64,000 bases of DNA from Octopus sinensis (GCF_006345805.1 NC_043014.1:24304001-24368000); one strand, 5' to 3'; shown: positions 37,336-51,310, counted from the stretch's first letter. The notes: generated by a model not told the origin, from the sequence alone. Numbers and translations: made by a program.

Positions 37336-39871
37336 TCTCTATATATATAAAACTGAGAATGTGTGTTTGTCTGTGTGTTTCCCTAAAACTTGAGAATTAC
37401 TCAACCAATTTCATTCAAATTTTACACATGCTTTACTTAGGGTCCGGGGAGTGGGAGTTTTTGTGATGATTCAGGGAGTGTTGCAGGCAAGGAACATGCG
37501 GTAATGTGTTTATTTGTGTTTTGAATTTCGATGTTTAAATGTCTGAAAAAGAAGGAGAAAGAAATGAGGAAAAAAAACGTGTTGTGGGCTATTTTCAAAA
37601 GAAAAGAAAAGGAAGAAAAAAAAGAGAACTTGGAGACTGTTGATTTTGAACTTTGTATTGAGTCAAATGTTGAATGATTTGTGTTTTTCGAACTCTGTAT
37701 TATGTTTAAATGCATTTGATTGTTTTTCGAACTCTGTATATTATTTGTCAACCTTTGTTTTGGAATGTTTTGATTTTGTTTTGAAAAAAATTGTTAAATT
37801 ACGCAACCTGCGCCTGCTATGTCTCTTTCTTTGTTGTTGTGTTGGTTTCTGGCTGCGTCGTCGCGGCCTTCCCCCGCTTCCGTGGTGGATTTCCAGTTTG
37901 CTGAGCGTTGTTGTCGCGACTTAGGGCCCGTGGTGGAATCGAAAGGCCTAGGGTCCTGAGTGGCGGTGGCGCAACAATATGATATTTCTGTGGGCTCACC
38001 CTAGGCAAAAAGTTAAAAATTATATATCAGACCGAGTTCAAAATGTCTCTCACTGTCATTTTCCTTACTTACTTCTTCTCGCTTGTGATCTCTCACATTC
38101 ACTGTCTGTCTTTCTCCAGACCACGCTTGTCATTTTTGTCATTGCTTCTTGCCGACTCCACCATCTCCATCTCACTCCCTTATCCACTCCGCTCACACTT
38201 CTGGCTAGCTGGCTGTCCCGCGCCGACTGACCAACTAACTTAATGTCACTCGTATATATAACGTTGTCACAGCATTTTTATTTTTAACTTTTTGCCTAGG
38301 GCGAGCCCACAGCAATATCATATCTTCTCCACTACAATTCCCTAAAACTTGAGAACTACACAACCAATTTCATTCAAATTTTACACATGCCTTACTTAGG
38401 GTCCATGTAGTTTCATGGGCAAAAAAAAATGTTCAACTTCTTGCCTAGGGCGAGCCCATAGCAATATCATATCTTCTCCACTATTTCAGTATTACGTGTT
38501 AAAAGTGAAACAAAAACATTTCTCTATTTTATGTCAGATACTTTCACTTTAACAATAAAAATTAGAGATAATAGTGACAATTGAATTATATGTAGTAAGT
38601 AATAATTAAAATCAAACTAAAATATAATATAATCGTAACATAACAAAAGTAAAAATAGCAATTGGTATAAAATTGCATCAATGACTTGAACTTGAATAAG
38701 TGGTTTCACATGAATGGAAATAAATTAAAAATAAAATTAGCGTGCAGAAATGGAATAGTCCAGATGGAGGTGTGCACATACCGAAATACCGTTTATCCCG
38801 GCTTTTACATTAGATTATCTGCTAATTAGCTAGCATTAAGTATCTATATGAAGTTTGGCTGTATGTAATGTCTGTTTTCTCGAACAGCCGCTTCTACTGA
38901 GTACTGCTGTTGGTTTATTTCTAATACATAAAAGACTATAGCTTCAACTGCGTACTGCTTTTTGATTCACCGTAAGGTTTGTTGTTATTGTTATTACTGT
39001 TTAACTATTGTTATCACATTTATTGGTTCCTCGCTGTTGTGCTGCATTTGTTAAATAATTGTAAACTGTAACCTTCCCCCTTTGGGAGAAGGAGCTTTGG
39101 TTATTGTTTAAAAATTGAATTGTGTCCCTGTTTGGGGAAATTGACAATATTTTCACTGTTTACACGGAAGCATTTTTGTTAGAATGCCTTCGATAGAAGA
39201 AAGTCCAAAAATGAATTTCGCTGCAGCTGTCGGCGGGCTGAACTCATTAAAATTAAAATGGAAGAAATACAAACCTATTTTGGATTGATCACCAACAAAG
39301 ACGGTAAATCTAGGATAACACCACCAAACGAAATAAAAAATGAAATTAAAGAAAAGACTATTGTCTATAAAGTATACAATGTAAAGAAAAAAAAAAGATT
39401 TGAATACCTGGAGGAAAGCACCATTGAAAAGTGTCTTGGTGCGACTATGAAAGATATCTAACCAGAGGCGGTAAATTCGCCACAATAGAAGCAAAGTTCG
39501 AGTCAACAGAGTGTGCAAGGGAGTACTCGACTCGAACCTTGCAAAGTGGAAATATTTTATTTTTACCTTTATATCTGGGACGTAGGACGTCCTGGATAAA
39601 AATTTAAAATGTCCCCCCAGAAGTAGAGGTAGGCTGGATTGTAGCCACACTTCTATACAAGAGGGAGGACAAGATACAATTGATCGAAATTGCAAGAGAC
39701 GGGCCTACAATTCCAGTCTGTTATATATTTTCAGTATTATTATCACTAGCGATATCAAGATATAACTTTGTATTTTATATGTAGATGTATATATATAGAT
39801 GTACATGTAATATGTACACATATATACATGCACTAGCACTATGACCCGGCAACGACGGGTCATAATGCTAG
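37336..39871 (+). mobile_element. 2.5-kb non-autonomous Helitron (third end-type) with captured sequence
   Basis: A|TC start; hairpin tatgaccc-ggcaacgac-gggtcata; CTAG|T end. Flanks caaca|tatctactaa rebuild an uninterrupted unit of the surrounding ~20-bp minisatellite. Confidence 0.85.
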
Positions 39872-41348
39872 TATCTACTAATCCTCTAACACATCAACTA
39901 ACCTTCAACCTATCTGTTAACCCTCCAACATGTTTACTAACCTTCCAACATGTCTACTAACCATCTAACTTATCTAGCATAACTACTGATCCAATAACAG
40001 ATCTGTTACCCCCACCCCACACTACCCCATATATCTATCAACTCTCCAACATATCTACTAACCCTCTATTATATCTAATAACCATCCAGTATACCTACTA
40101 AACCTCCAGCATAGCTACTACCCCACTAGCAGGTTTGCTAACCTCCCCAACAGATCTACCAACCCAACATATTTACTAATCCTCTAACATACTGGATTTA
40201 ATTCTCCAGTACATGGCAAATCTATTCATTCTCCAACATATATCAACATCACATCTGCTTTTCCTTTCTGGCATGAGTTGGACAGATGCTCTTCCTATGT
40301 CAATCCTTTTAGGCCTATTTTCAACATGCAGGAATATGGTTTACCTATTCTAAAAACCAGTATACGCATATACCTTTCAACATATATCCTCCAGTATACA
40401 GTATCTGTTAATCCTCCTACATGCCTGATTCTGTATTAATTTGTCTTTATTTACACACTCTGTCTTACCTTAATTCCTAATTACTTTAAAATGATATAGG
40501 TTTAACATTAAAGTGATACTTAGAAAAAGCATGAAATTTAAATTTAGATAACTTTAAAAACAGAGTTAGTATGTTAGCTTGAAAGGTGGTCGTGGGCAAG
40601 TTGGTATCAAAAAGGTTATTGTAGCTTCAGACTGGCCAGCTTAGCAATATGGTCTTAACAACTGTATCAACATACTTCACACTCCCTTGTCAACAGTCCT
40701 TTACTTACTAGATGTTGTGTAACAACTTGACTTCATATGGTAATGGTTGTTGGAACTTACAACCCTTGGTAAACAAAAAACAGCTTCATTTGACTTGCTG
40801 ATGTATGTAAAAAGGATATGATCATTTACTCTATATGGTGGAATATAAGATTATTTTTTCCCCAAACAATTACATCAAGGTTGTTGGGCTTGCATTCGAT
40901 GAAAGTTTTTTGGTTGGAATGTTCCCCCGGTTTTCTTTGTGTTGGAAGATATTAATGTATTCAATATCAGAAAAATTTATCTCAAGCCAGCCTTTATTCT
41001 GGATGTGTGTGTGTGTTTTTCATGTAGTTGCTGGCTCAATGACAGTACATACACCAACTTCTGCACAAGGCCTTTAACATCTCTTATGCTGACCATATAT
41101 CAAACAAGTCACTATATGGATCTTTAGCACCTGTCAGCCAGACAATCAAACATCATCGTTGTCGTCATCATTTAATGTCCATGTTGCATGCTGGCATGGG
41201 TTGCATTCTTTGACAGTAACTGCTGTATCCAAGGACTGTATTGACTACAATGTCTGCTTTGGCATGCTTTTTATGGCTGGAAGCCCTTCCTAATGTCAAC
41301 AAAAACAGCTAATATTCACCGGACACTGTGAATTGTATTATATACATA

Positions 41349-41932
41349 TTAGAGGGAAACCACTATGTGGACACCCTTATGCTAGAAATAGATCCGCTAC
41401 GGTCTTACTACCAAGAAATGTTCTGAATTTTACTGAACCTTCAGTTTTTTTATATGCTAGACCACTGGTGTGAAATCGATGTTAATTAAATTAATATCTA
41501 ATTTCTCACCCTCATTTTAAATTTAAATTAATACATTCTCTAACCGGCAAAGGCCACTGCAGTAAAGTATTATCTGCAGCATCAGTTTTTCCGGTAATTT
41601 AGCACACCAAAACGAGGACATTTGAAATAGTAACCACGAGTGTAATGGGTAGGACTGTTTTACAAGTTTGACTTTGTGCGGACGTCCTAGTATGCAGACC
41701 TGCAAATTATATTCATCTGGACGGTCGCACCGATGATCTATGGACATTTATGTAATATGTTAATAGTGAAACATGTATGTGAATAATCCATATTTTTATT
41801 GCTTTTTCTTTTGTCTTGCTCAATTACGCTTTGGTTGTTTTGCTAAATTTTTCTTGAGAACATTTCTTAGTGGTAAGACCATAGCGGATCTATTTCTAGC
41901 ATAAGGGTGTCTACATAGTGGTTTCCCTCTAA
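41349..41932. mobile_element. 584-bp MITE with 76-bp TIRs and TA target duplication (Tc1/mariner-type)
   Basis: TIRs 41349-41424 and 41857-41932 with ~4 mismatches; TA on both sides. A related fragment lies at ~262-385(-). Confidence 0.82.
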
Positions 41933-41959
41933 TATATATATATATATACACACACACGA

Positions 41960-43399
41960 ACACATAAGAGGTGCAGCAATATCAAAGGGAGGCTAACTGG
42001 GAAGATAGTTTTTGTATGTGGCAAATGCTCAGGTGCTATAAACACTGAAAATGCGCTGAGACCAACTTCCGCCACATTCCAGGGAGGAAAACTAGAAGTA
42101 GTTGATAGCTTCTGTTACCTAGGGGACCAAGTCAGTAGCGGGAGTGGATGCTCTGAAAGTGTAGCTGCTAGAATAAGAATAGCCTGAGCAAAGTTCAGAG
42201 AGCTCCTATCTCTGCTGGTGACAAAGGGCCTCTCGCTCAGAGTAAAAGGTAGACTGTATGACGAATGTGTACGAACAGCCATGCTACATGGCAGGGAAAC
42301 ATGGGCCATGACTGCTGAGGACATGCATAAGCTTGCAAGGAATGAAGCCGGTATGCTCCGCTAGATGTGTAACGTCAGTGTGCATACACGACACAGTTTA
42401 AGTGCCCTTAGAGAAAAGTTGGGTTTAAGAAGCATCAGATGTGGCATGCATTAGAGACTACTGTGCTGGTATAGTCATGTGTTGCGAGTGAATGAGGACA
42501 GTTGTGTGAAAAAATGCCACAACCTAAAAGTTGAGGGAATCTGTGGAAGACATAGACCCAGGAAAACCTGGTATGAGATAGTGAAGCATGACTTTTGAAC
42601 ATTGGGCTTTACAGAGGCAATGACTAGTGACCAAGACCTTTGGAGATATGCTGTGCTTGAGAAGATCTGACAAGCCAAGTGAGACCATAGCCCATGGCCT
42701 ATGCCAGTGGGTATAACCATCCCACTTATGGATACCCCTCATCCATTGGACAATAAACTTTACTTCTGAAGACCTATTGAGGCTAGTGAAATGAAAATCA
42801 AAATTGCTGACATGGCCGATGACAGTACCGCCTGATTGGCCCTTGTGCCAGTGGAATGTTAAAAGCACATGCGAACATGGGGCATAACCAGCCCACTTAT
42901 GAGTACCCCTCATTCATCGGAGAATGAACTTTGCTTGCGAAGACCTATTGAGGCCAGTGGAATGTTAACAGCACATCCGAGTTGATCATTGCCAGGTCCA
43001 TGGATTGGCTCCCGTGCCGGTGATACATGTAAAGCACCATTCAAGCATAATTGTTGCTGGCGTAGCCTTACCGGCACATGTGCCTGTGGCATGTGAAAAA
43101 CAACATTTGAGCATGGTCGTTGCCAGTGCCGCCGGACTGGCTCCTGTGCAGGTAGCACATAAAAACATCTTTTGAGCATGGTCGTTGCCAGAACCGCTTG
43201 ACTGGCCCTCATGCCGGTGGCATGTAAAAGCACCCACTACACTCTCAGAGTGATTGGATTTAGAAAGGGCATCCAGCTGTAGAAACTCTGCCAGATCAGA
43301 TTAATCTTGGTGCAGCCTCTAGCTCACCAGACCTCAGTCAAACCGTCCAACCCATGCCAGCATGGAGAGCAGACGTTAAACGATGATGATGATGATGAT
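41960..43399 (+). mobile_element. 5'-truncated RTE LINE, decayed
   Basis: THKRCS...LEVVDSF...GLSLRVKGRLYD homology with stops; 3' UTR repeats; (gat)n tail ends 40 nt before exon 7. Confidence 0.88.
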
Positions 43400-43439
43400 A
43401 CATATTTATATATATAATTCTTGTTCCACTTGATTTCAG

Positions 43440-43600
43440 ATATCCTGTTGTATTACAGAACTTTTCTTTAAGTCCTGGGACTGGAGGAGCTGGAAAATTC
43501 AGAGGTGGCGATGGCATCACAAGAGAACTTTTATTCCGCAAAGACATTCAGGTGTCAGTTCTGACTGAAAGGCGAGTTTACCACCCCTATGGACTGAAAG
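43440..43600 (+). CDS. OPLAH: 5-oxoprolinase exon 7
   Basis: (R)[53 protein letters not shown]+G; tttcag/gtttgt; 161 nt; phases match neighbouring exons. Confidence 0.96.
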
Positions 43601-44336
43601 GTTTGTAACTTTTTATTAAGTTCGATAGACAGTCAGTTCAGATCCTGTTACATTGAATCTCCTCAAATGAACATCAGGACTGACTTGGGGTTAAATAACA
43701 TCATTACTTTGCTAACATGTTGAACTTTAGAAATGAGCAATGGAAATCTGATTGACTTCATCATCATTTTTCATTTTTGCCTTAATGTCCAATGTTTCTA
43801 TGCTAGAATAGGTTGGACAAGATTTTGAGGAAGTTGGCTTATATCTTGTTTGTCATCAAGTCTTTGTTGTTTCCTAAAGTGCTTACACCCCTCTTCTTTC
43901 ACTCAGTGAACCACAGACCAGCCATACCTGTTTGCATGGCAGGCATATAACTATTGACATTACCTATGCATTAAATAATGTGATCTTGTGTACACTGTTT
44001 CAATAACACACAGGATTGTCATGGCTATAACATCTTTGGTCATAGGTCTGCCCAATCATTTGGTCTTTATCACAAGACTGATGCACTGCCTATAGTTGCT
44101 CGACTTGCTAGAATTAACAACTAAATCTCCCTCAAATTATATTTGACCCCCTAAAAAAGAGAGGTCTGCATTCCATAATAAACTCCTAAAATAAACACGG
44201 TGTCTGTTAAAAAAAATGACCAGATGATTGTGGCCAGAATGCCCTGCTCAGTCAGGGATGTTACATAGGTGTAAACAATTTTTATTTTTAGCAAGTTTCT
44301 TTCTTTCAATGTTAATTATTGCATATCTCATTACAG

Positions 44337-44434
44337 GAGGTCAGCCAGGTCAGCGAGGAAGTAACTTATTGTTTTATAAAGATGGTCGAGTTGTAAATCT
44401 TGGTGGCAAGACATCTGTCCATGTGACAGCAGGA
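44337..44434 (+). CDS. OPLAH: 5-oxoprolinase exon 8
   Basis: (G)[32 protein letters not shown]; ttacag/gtaagt; 98 nt. Confidence 0.95.
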
Positions 44435-44551
44435 GTAAGTCATATGTTTTTAGTTTGTTTTAGCTATGCTGGACCACCACTTTTAGAACTTATTGTTCTT
44501 TTTTGTGTGTGTGTGTGTGTGCTTGTATATCCCTAGTGGGGAAGCTAGTGT

Positions 44552-46533
44552 TCATCATCATCATCGTTTAACATCCGCTTTCCATGCTAGCATGGGTTGG
44601 ACGATTTGACTGAGGGCTGGCGAACCAGATGGCTGCATCAGGCTTCAACCTTGATCTGGCAGAGTTTCTACAGCTGGATGCCCTTCCTAATGCCAACCAC
44701 TCCGAGAGTGTAGTGGGTGCTTTTACATGCCACTGGCACGGGGCCAGTCAGGTGGTACTGGCAACGACCTCGCTCGAATCATTTACACATGCCACCGGCA
44801 CAGGTGCCAGTAAGGTGATGCTTGTAACATCACGCTCGACTGGTGTCTTTTACGTGCCACCAGCACGGAGGCCAGATAGCCGCTCTGGCAACAATCATGC
44901 TCGGATGGTGCTCTTAATACCCTACTAGCATGGGGCTCAAGTGCCAGTTAGGCAACGCTGGTAATGATCACACTCAAATGGTGCCTTTTAAGTGCCACTG
45001 GCACGGAAGCTGGTTAGCCACTCTGTCAGTGATCACACTCGTATGGTGCTATTTGCACCCTGCTAGCACGGACGCCAGTCATCGAATTTCATTTTGATTT
45101 CACTTGTGTCAACAGATCTTCGCAAGCAGCGTTTTAGTGTCCAAAGAAGGAAAAGGTACACATAAGTGTGCTGGTTACGCCCCTGGCATAGGCCACAAGA
45201 TTATGGTCTCATTTGGCTGGTCGAGTCTTCTCACGCACGGCATATTTCCAAAAGTCTCAGTCACTAGTCATTTCCTTGGTAGGGCCTAAAGTTCAAAAGT
45301 TGTGCTTCACCACTTCATCCCCGGTCTTCCTGGGTCTACCTCTTCCACAGGTTCCCTCAACCGCTAGGGTGTGGCACTTTTTCACACAGCTATCCTCATC
45401 CATTCTCGTCACATGACCATACCAGTGCAGTCATCTCTTTTGCACACTACATCTGATGCTTCTTAGGTCCAACATTTCTCTCAAGGTACTTACACTCTGT
45501 CGAGTATGCACACTGACATTACACATCCATCAGATCATACTGGCTTCATTCCTTGCGAACTTACGCATGTCCTCAGCAGTCACAGCCCATGTTTCACTGC
45601 CATGTAACATGGCTGTTCGTACATATGCGTCATACAGTCTACCTTATACTCTGAGTGAGAGGCCCTTTGTCACCAGCAGAGGTAAGAGCTCTCTGAACTT
45701 TGCCCAAGCTATTCTTATTCTAGCAGCTACACTTTCAGTGCACCCTCCCCAGCTACTGACTTGGTCACCTAGGTAACGGAAGCTATCAACTACTTCTAGT
45801 TTTCCTCCCTGGAATGTGGCGGAAGTTGTTCTCTGCGCATTTTCAGTGTTTGTTGCTCCCGAGCATTTGCCACATACAAAAACTATCTTCCCAGTTCGCC
45901 TTCCTTTGATATTACTGCACCTCTTATGTATCCATAGCTTACACTGGGTACATCTTATAGAGTTTCTACCTATACCTCTACTACAGTTCGAGCAGAGCCA
46001 TCTACCTGAAGGGATTTGTGGTTTACCTGCCTTCCTACTCTGTATTGGTTTTAGCTAGGTTGACTCTAAGGCCCTTCGATTCTAATACTTGTTTCCACAC
46101 TTGAAACTTCTCCTCTAGTTCTGATAGTGACTCAGCAAATAGAGCAAGGTCATCAGCATAGAGGAGCTCCCAGGGGCATCCTGTCTTGAATTTCTCTGTT
46201 ATTGCCTGGAGGACTATGATAAATAGGAGTGGGCTGAGGACTGAACCCTAGTGGACCCCTACGTCTACCCTGAATTCTTCAGTGTACTTGTTGCCAACCC
46301 TCACCTTACTGACACCATCCCTGTACATGGCTTGCACAGCTCTCGCTAACCATTCGTCTATCCCTAGTTTCCTCAGTGACCGCCAGATAAGGGATCAGGG
46401 AACCCTGTCAAAGGCTTTCTCCATGGCAACAAAAGCCAGGTACAGGGGCTTATCTTTGGCTAGGTATTTCTCCTGCAGCTGTTTCACCAGAAATATAGCA
46501 TCAGTAGTACTTTTCCCTGGCACGAACCCAAAA
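44552..46533 (-). mobile_element. 5'-truncated RTE LINE, antisense, decayed
   Basis: Reverse complement of the RT (FGFVPGKSTTDA, YADD), the C-terminus and the (gat)n tail at 44552. Confidence 0.88.
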
Positions 46534-46619
46534 TGAATTCCTCAATTACAATTCAAATCTAAAATGTTGGGACTATCATGATAAACAGAAACTAACTAGA
46601 AATGTATATACTGAAGTTG

Positions 46620-49140
46620 TCATCATCATCGTTTAACGTCCATTTCCATGCTGGCATGGGTTGGACTGTTTGACTGGGGTCTGGGAAGCCAGGAGGCTGC
46701 ACCAGGCCCCAATCTGGTCTGGCAGTGTTTCTACAGCTGGATGCACTTCCTAACGCCAACCACTCTGACAGTGTAGTGGGTGCTTTTTACATGCCACTGG
46801 TACGGGCCAGAGGAACTGGAATCAACCACAATCAGATGGTGCATTTTACGTGCCAATGGCACGGAAGCCAGTCAAAGCAGCAGACATCAGCCACATTTGG
46901 ATGGTGTTTTTTACGTGCTACCGGCACGGGGCTCACAACTATAATTTCCATTTGATTTGATGTTGATGTACTTGACTCAATAGGTCTCCTCACGCATGGC
47001 ATGTCACCCTACGATCCAAGGTACTTTTGAGTGGGCTGGTTATGCGGCACACGTGTAGGTTGCTGCTGTGGACTCACTTTATTTGCTGGGTCTTCTCAGT
47101 TACAGCATACCTCCAGAGGTCTCGATCTTTTGACATTGACTCTGTGAGGCCCAATGTTCGAAGGTCATGTTTCGCCACCTCATCCCATGTCTTCCTGGGT
47201 CTCCCTCTACTCTGGATTCCTTCCACTGTTTGGGAGTGACACTTCTTCACATAGCTCTCCTCATCCATCCTCAGTACATGACCATACCAACACAAATGTC
47301 TCTCTTGCACGACACATCTGATGCTTCTTATGTCTAACATTTTTCTCAGGGTGCTTACGCTCTGTCATGTGTGCACACTGACATTACACATCCAGCGGAT
47401 CATGTTAGCTTAATTTCTTTCAAGCCTACGCATGTCTTTAGCAGTCACGGCCCATGTTTCACTGCTGTGAAGCATGGCAGTTCGCACACATACATCATAC
47501 AACCTACTTTTCACTCTGAGTGAGAGGCCCTTTGTCACCAGTAGGGGTAGAAGCTTTCTGAATTTTACCCAGGCTATTCTTATTCTAGTGGTAATACTCT
47601 GAGCATCCACCCCCACTACAGACTTGGTCACCTAGGTAGCGGAAGCTATCAACTACTTCTAGGTTCTTCCCCTGGTATGTGATGGAGTCTGTTTTCTGAA
47701 TATCTGTGGTAGGCAGAGATAATTCTAGCTGTGCTATTCTGCAGGACTAGCCTGAGCTTAAGCACTCTATTGCATACCCTGACAACCTCTATGACCTTAT
47801 CCACTCATTTCTCCACAAGGAGTATGCCTACACCCCCTACTCCATCCATGTTACCTTGCCAGAAGACTATACCTATGTGCCTTGCCTGTGAGGACCCTAG
47901 CTGAAACTCCTCTCCATCTTACCTCTTGTATGCAGCATACACCAACCCGTCTCCTTTCAAGCATCTCTACAATCTCACTAGACCTACCTTTCAGTGTGGT
48001 TACATTGACAGTGCCAACTCTGAGAACTGGGAAGGGAATGTGGGGTGAGGCTTGGCAAGGAGAGATGTTATTCAGCGCCTGAAAAGAAGAGGGGGTTGTC
48101 ATGTTTGCATTTTAGGCATGCTTCACCTGTTCTCACTTCTGACCTGACAACATTCAAGCGTGTTAAGATTGTTGCCTCTACTGGAGGTAGTAGCAGGTGT
48201 TAGTGGCATTGTAATCATAAGCATTATGGTCTTCGAATAATGTAAATTTAAGTGGTGTAGCAAAATATGGATATTCCAATGTTAGATTAGGTAGGGAGTC
48301 AGCTAAAACTGGCTGCGTTTGTCAAGGAAGAGGGGGATTGCAGGTATGATGGTGGGTACCACCAGCTGGAGAGGGTTCAGACAGAGAGAGAAGAAACAAG
48401 CTCATCCCTACATACACACAAGAGCACTCACACACAGGAACAAGCACACATGGACAGCCGAATAGCTTTCTCCATCACTTGATAAGGCCAAAGAAAATTC
48501 CTGGGTAGTTGATGCCATGTTTCTAGTTGGAACAAAAACAAAATGAAAGATAGCCATCAAGTGATGGAGAAAGCTATTCGGCTGTCCATGTGTGCTTGTT
48601 CCTGTGTGTGAGTGCTCTTGTGTGTATGTAGGGATGAGCTTGTTTCTTCTCTCTCTGTCTGAACCCTCTCCTGCCGTTGGTACCCACCGTCATACCAGCA
48701 ATCCCCCTCTTCCTTGACAAACGCAGCCAGTTTTAGCTGACTCCCTACCTAATCTAACATTGGAATATCCATAGGCAGATAACCTGGTTTCAGAGAGAAT
48801 GCTGGTAATATAAGGAACAGCACCAGTGAGGAGAAGAAATTGAAAGAAGAGACATCTGGTAATGGTAGTGACAGATTTCTGGACAGAACGAAATGTAAGA
48901 TAGCCAACTAAGTTGGTGGGCAACTGGGCTAGTTGTGTTTGTCCCATGAGAGAAAGAAAGAGTGCAGGTAATATATAGAGAACAGCCCAGTGAGGAGGAG
49001 AGGTTGAGAGAAGAGACATCAGATAATGGTGGTGGGAGGAGAGAGAGACAGCCAGTGTAGATGGTAGGAAGATATGGTGGGAGTGGGAAAGGACCAGTAT
49101 TGGTGGTGAGGTTAGGAAATGGCAGGTATACTGCGAACAA
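46620..49140 (-). mobile_element. Internally deleted RTE LINE, antisense
   Basis: Tail at 46620; C-terminal ORF pieces 47074-47631 joined at ~47720 to the APE N-terminus (47851-48102, VGTVNVTTLKGRSSEIVEMLERR); CT-rich 5' region homologous to 17160-17800. Confidence 0.85.
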
Positions 49141-50149
49141 ACAAAGTTTAGTTTGGGGACATAGTAAGATGGACGAAAATAATGGTAATAATAATGAAAA
49201 TAAACAGACCGAGAAACAAGTAATTATCTTAACAAAATTACATGAGAGATAAAATTATATTTTGAGGGGACATTTTCAATGGTTAGCTCATGAAAACTAG
49301 CTGTTAGTAAGTAATACATTTAAAGTGTTAATAGTGAATGAATGTAAAAAAAAGATCGAAAAACGAGAAAATCTTAGCTTAAATGTAAAAACCTCCCTGT
49401 ATATACATCTGATATATTAAGATTAAATTGTACATTTTCAGTATACAAATATTGTAATATTTATTTGTTATATGAATATTTGCAGATTAATTATTTAAAA
49501 CAAACAGTTTAAAGATGAATTTCAATAAGTACACATTCTATTTCCCTTTTATTTTCAAAAGTAACTGCTTGGGATCAGGAGAGAGCAGTATCAAAGCCAG
49601 GTATGCATTAGCAATTTTTGCACTGGCTGCGAACACACTCAATTGTTCCTGAGTAGTTGCAGTATATTGCTGATTATAACTATTTTGTTTCTAAATGTAA
49701 CCGCTTGGGATCAGGAGTGTGTAGTATCAAAGCCAGGTAGATATTAACAATTTTTTGCACTGGCTGTGAACACACTCAGTTCTTGAGCAGTTGCTGATTA
49801 TTACTTAAATTTATTATTTAATTTTTGTTGTGGATTTATCCTGTGTATAAAATATTTAATAAAATTGTATAATATATATATATATATAGATTTATGTAAA
49901 TATATGTAAAACTGGTTATTGATACTTTCAATTACTTTTGGGTAAACATGAGAAAAAATAGGACATTAAACTACACATCGTTTAATGGGTGCCCTAGTAA
50001 TACCATAATTAGAGAACTGATGAGTGTTAGAGAATGGAGATGGAGCAGAGCTCTGTACATACAAGCATTTACCAAGTTGGTTTTAGGATATCAATTCTGC
50101 TGTGGTGGACAAGTCTTCTTGTGCAAAGCAGAGCACCAGATATCCTAGT

Positions 50150-51310
50150 CTTTTGAAATCAGCCTTCGATACTTCATCCTATGTTTTCCTTTGTCTCCCT
50201 TTTCCACAAGTCCCCCCATCCACTTCAAGTGATTGGTACCTCTTTAGGCAACTATCCTCATCCATTTGCATAACATGACCAAACCAATGCAGTCTTCTAT
50301 ATATATACTAGCCCTGTAATACATGTACACAGAGACTGCACATCCAATAGAGCATATTAACTTCATCCCTCTTTAGTCTTTGTATGTCCTCTGCATTTAG
50401 GACCTATGTACCACTACCATGTAGCATTGTTCATAAACAAGCATCATGCAATCTTCATTCCTCTTGAAGAGAGAGAGACCTTTGGTTTCCAGCAGAGTTA
50501 GAAGCTCTTTGAATTTTCTCCAGCCTGTTCTTATTCTAGTAATTACACATTTGAAACATCTTCCTCCACTACTAATTAGGTCACTTAGGTAACAGAAATT
50601 ATCTACTACTTCTAGAGAGCCTCCAAAGCATTTGAAAAATCAATTCCTCATGCATCTGTAGACTTTACAAATTCTGTGCATCTTCCACATATGCAGACAC
50701 TACCTTCTTCCTCAGACATTCGAAGAAGTCTATTTCCTGTACATTCTTAGTTGTACCTGCAGACCTGCCACACACAACTACTTTATCTATTAACCTTCCT
50801 TTGATACAACTGCACCTCTTGTCTATCCATAGCTTGCATTGGATACCCCAAATTGAATGCCTGCCTTTCCTATATATGGAGCATAGCCATTTACCTGAAG
50901 CAGGCAGGGTCTTGCCTGTTTTCTTGTTTACTAGAACCATTGTCTTTGCTAAGCTAATCAAACGCCCTTCGATTCCAGGTTTTACTTCCACACCTAGAAT
51001 TCCTTGTCTAGTCTTGTTACAAATTCTATCAGAGCAAGATCACCAGCTTATAGTACTTCCCATGGGTAACCAGCCTTAAATTCCTCTGTTATGGCCTAGA
51101 GAATAATGAAGAGGAGGGGGTTGAAAACTGGACCCTGGTGAACACCTATCTGTATACTAAATTCATCATTGTTAATGCTTACTTTACTGACAGTACCTCT
51201 GTACATGGTCTGTACAGCTTGCACAAGCCATTAATCTAACCCTAGTTTCCTCAAAGAGCACTATATCACAGAATGAGGTACACTGTTGAAAAGTTTCTCC
51301 AGGTGGTGTA
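50150..51310 (-). mobile_element. Older RTE RT fragment, antisense
   Basis: Degenerate SGKWLCSI...QCKLWIDKRCS and LEVVDNFCYLSD homology. Confidence 0.75.
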
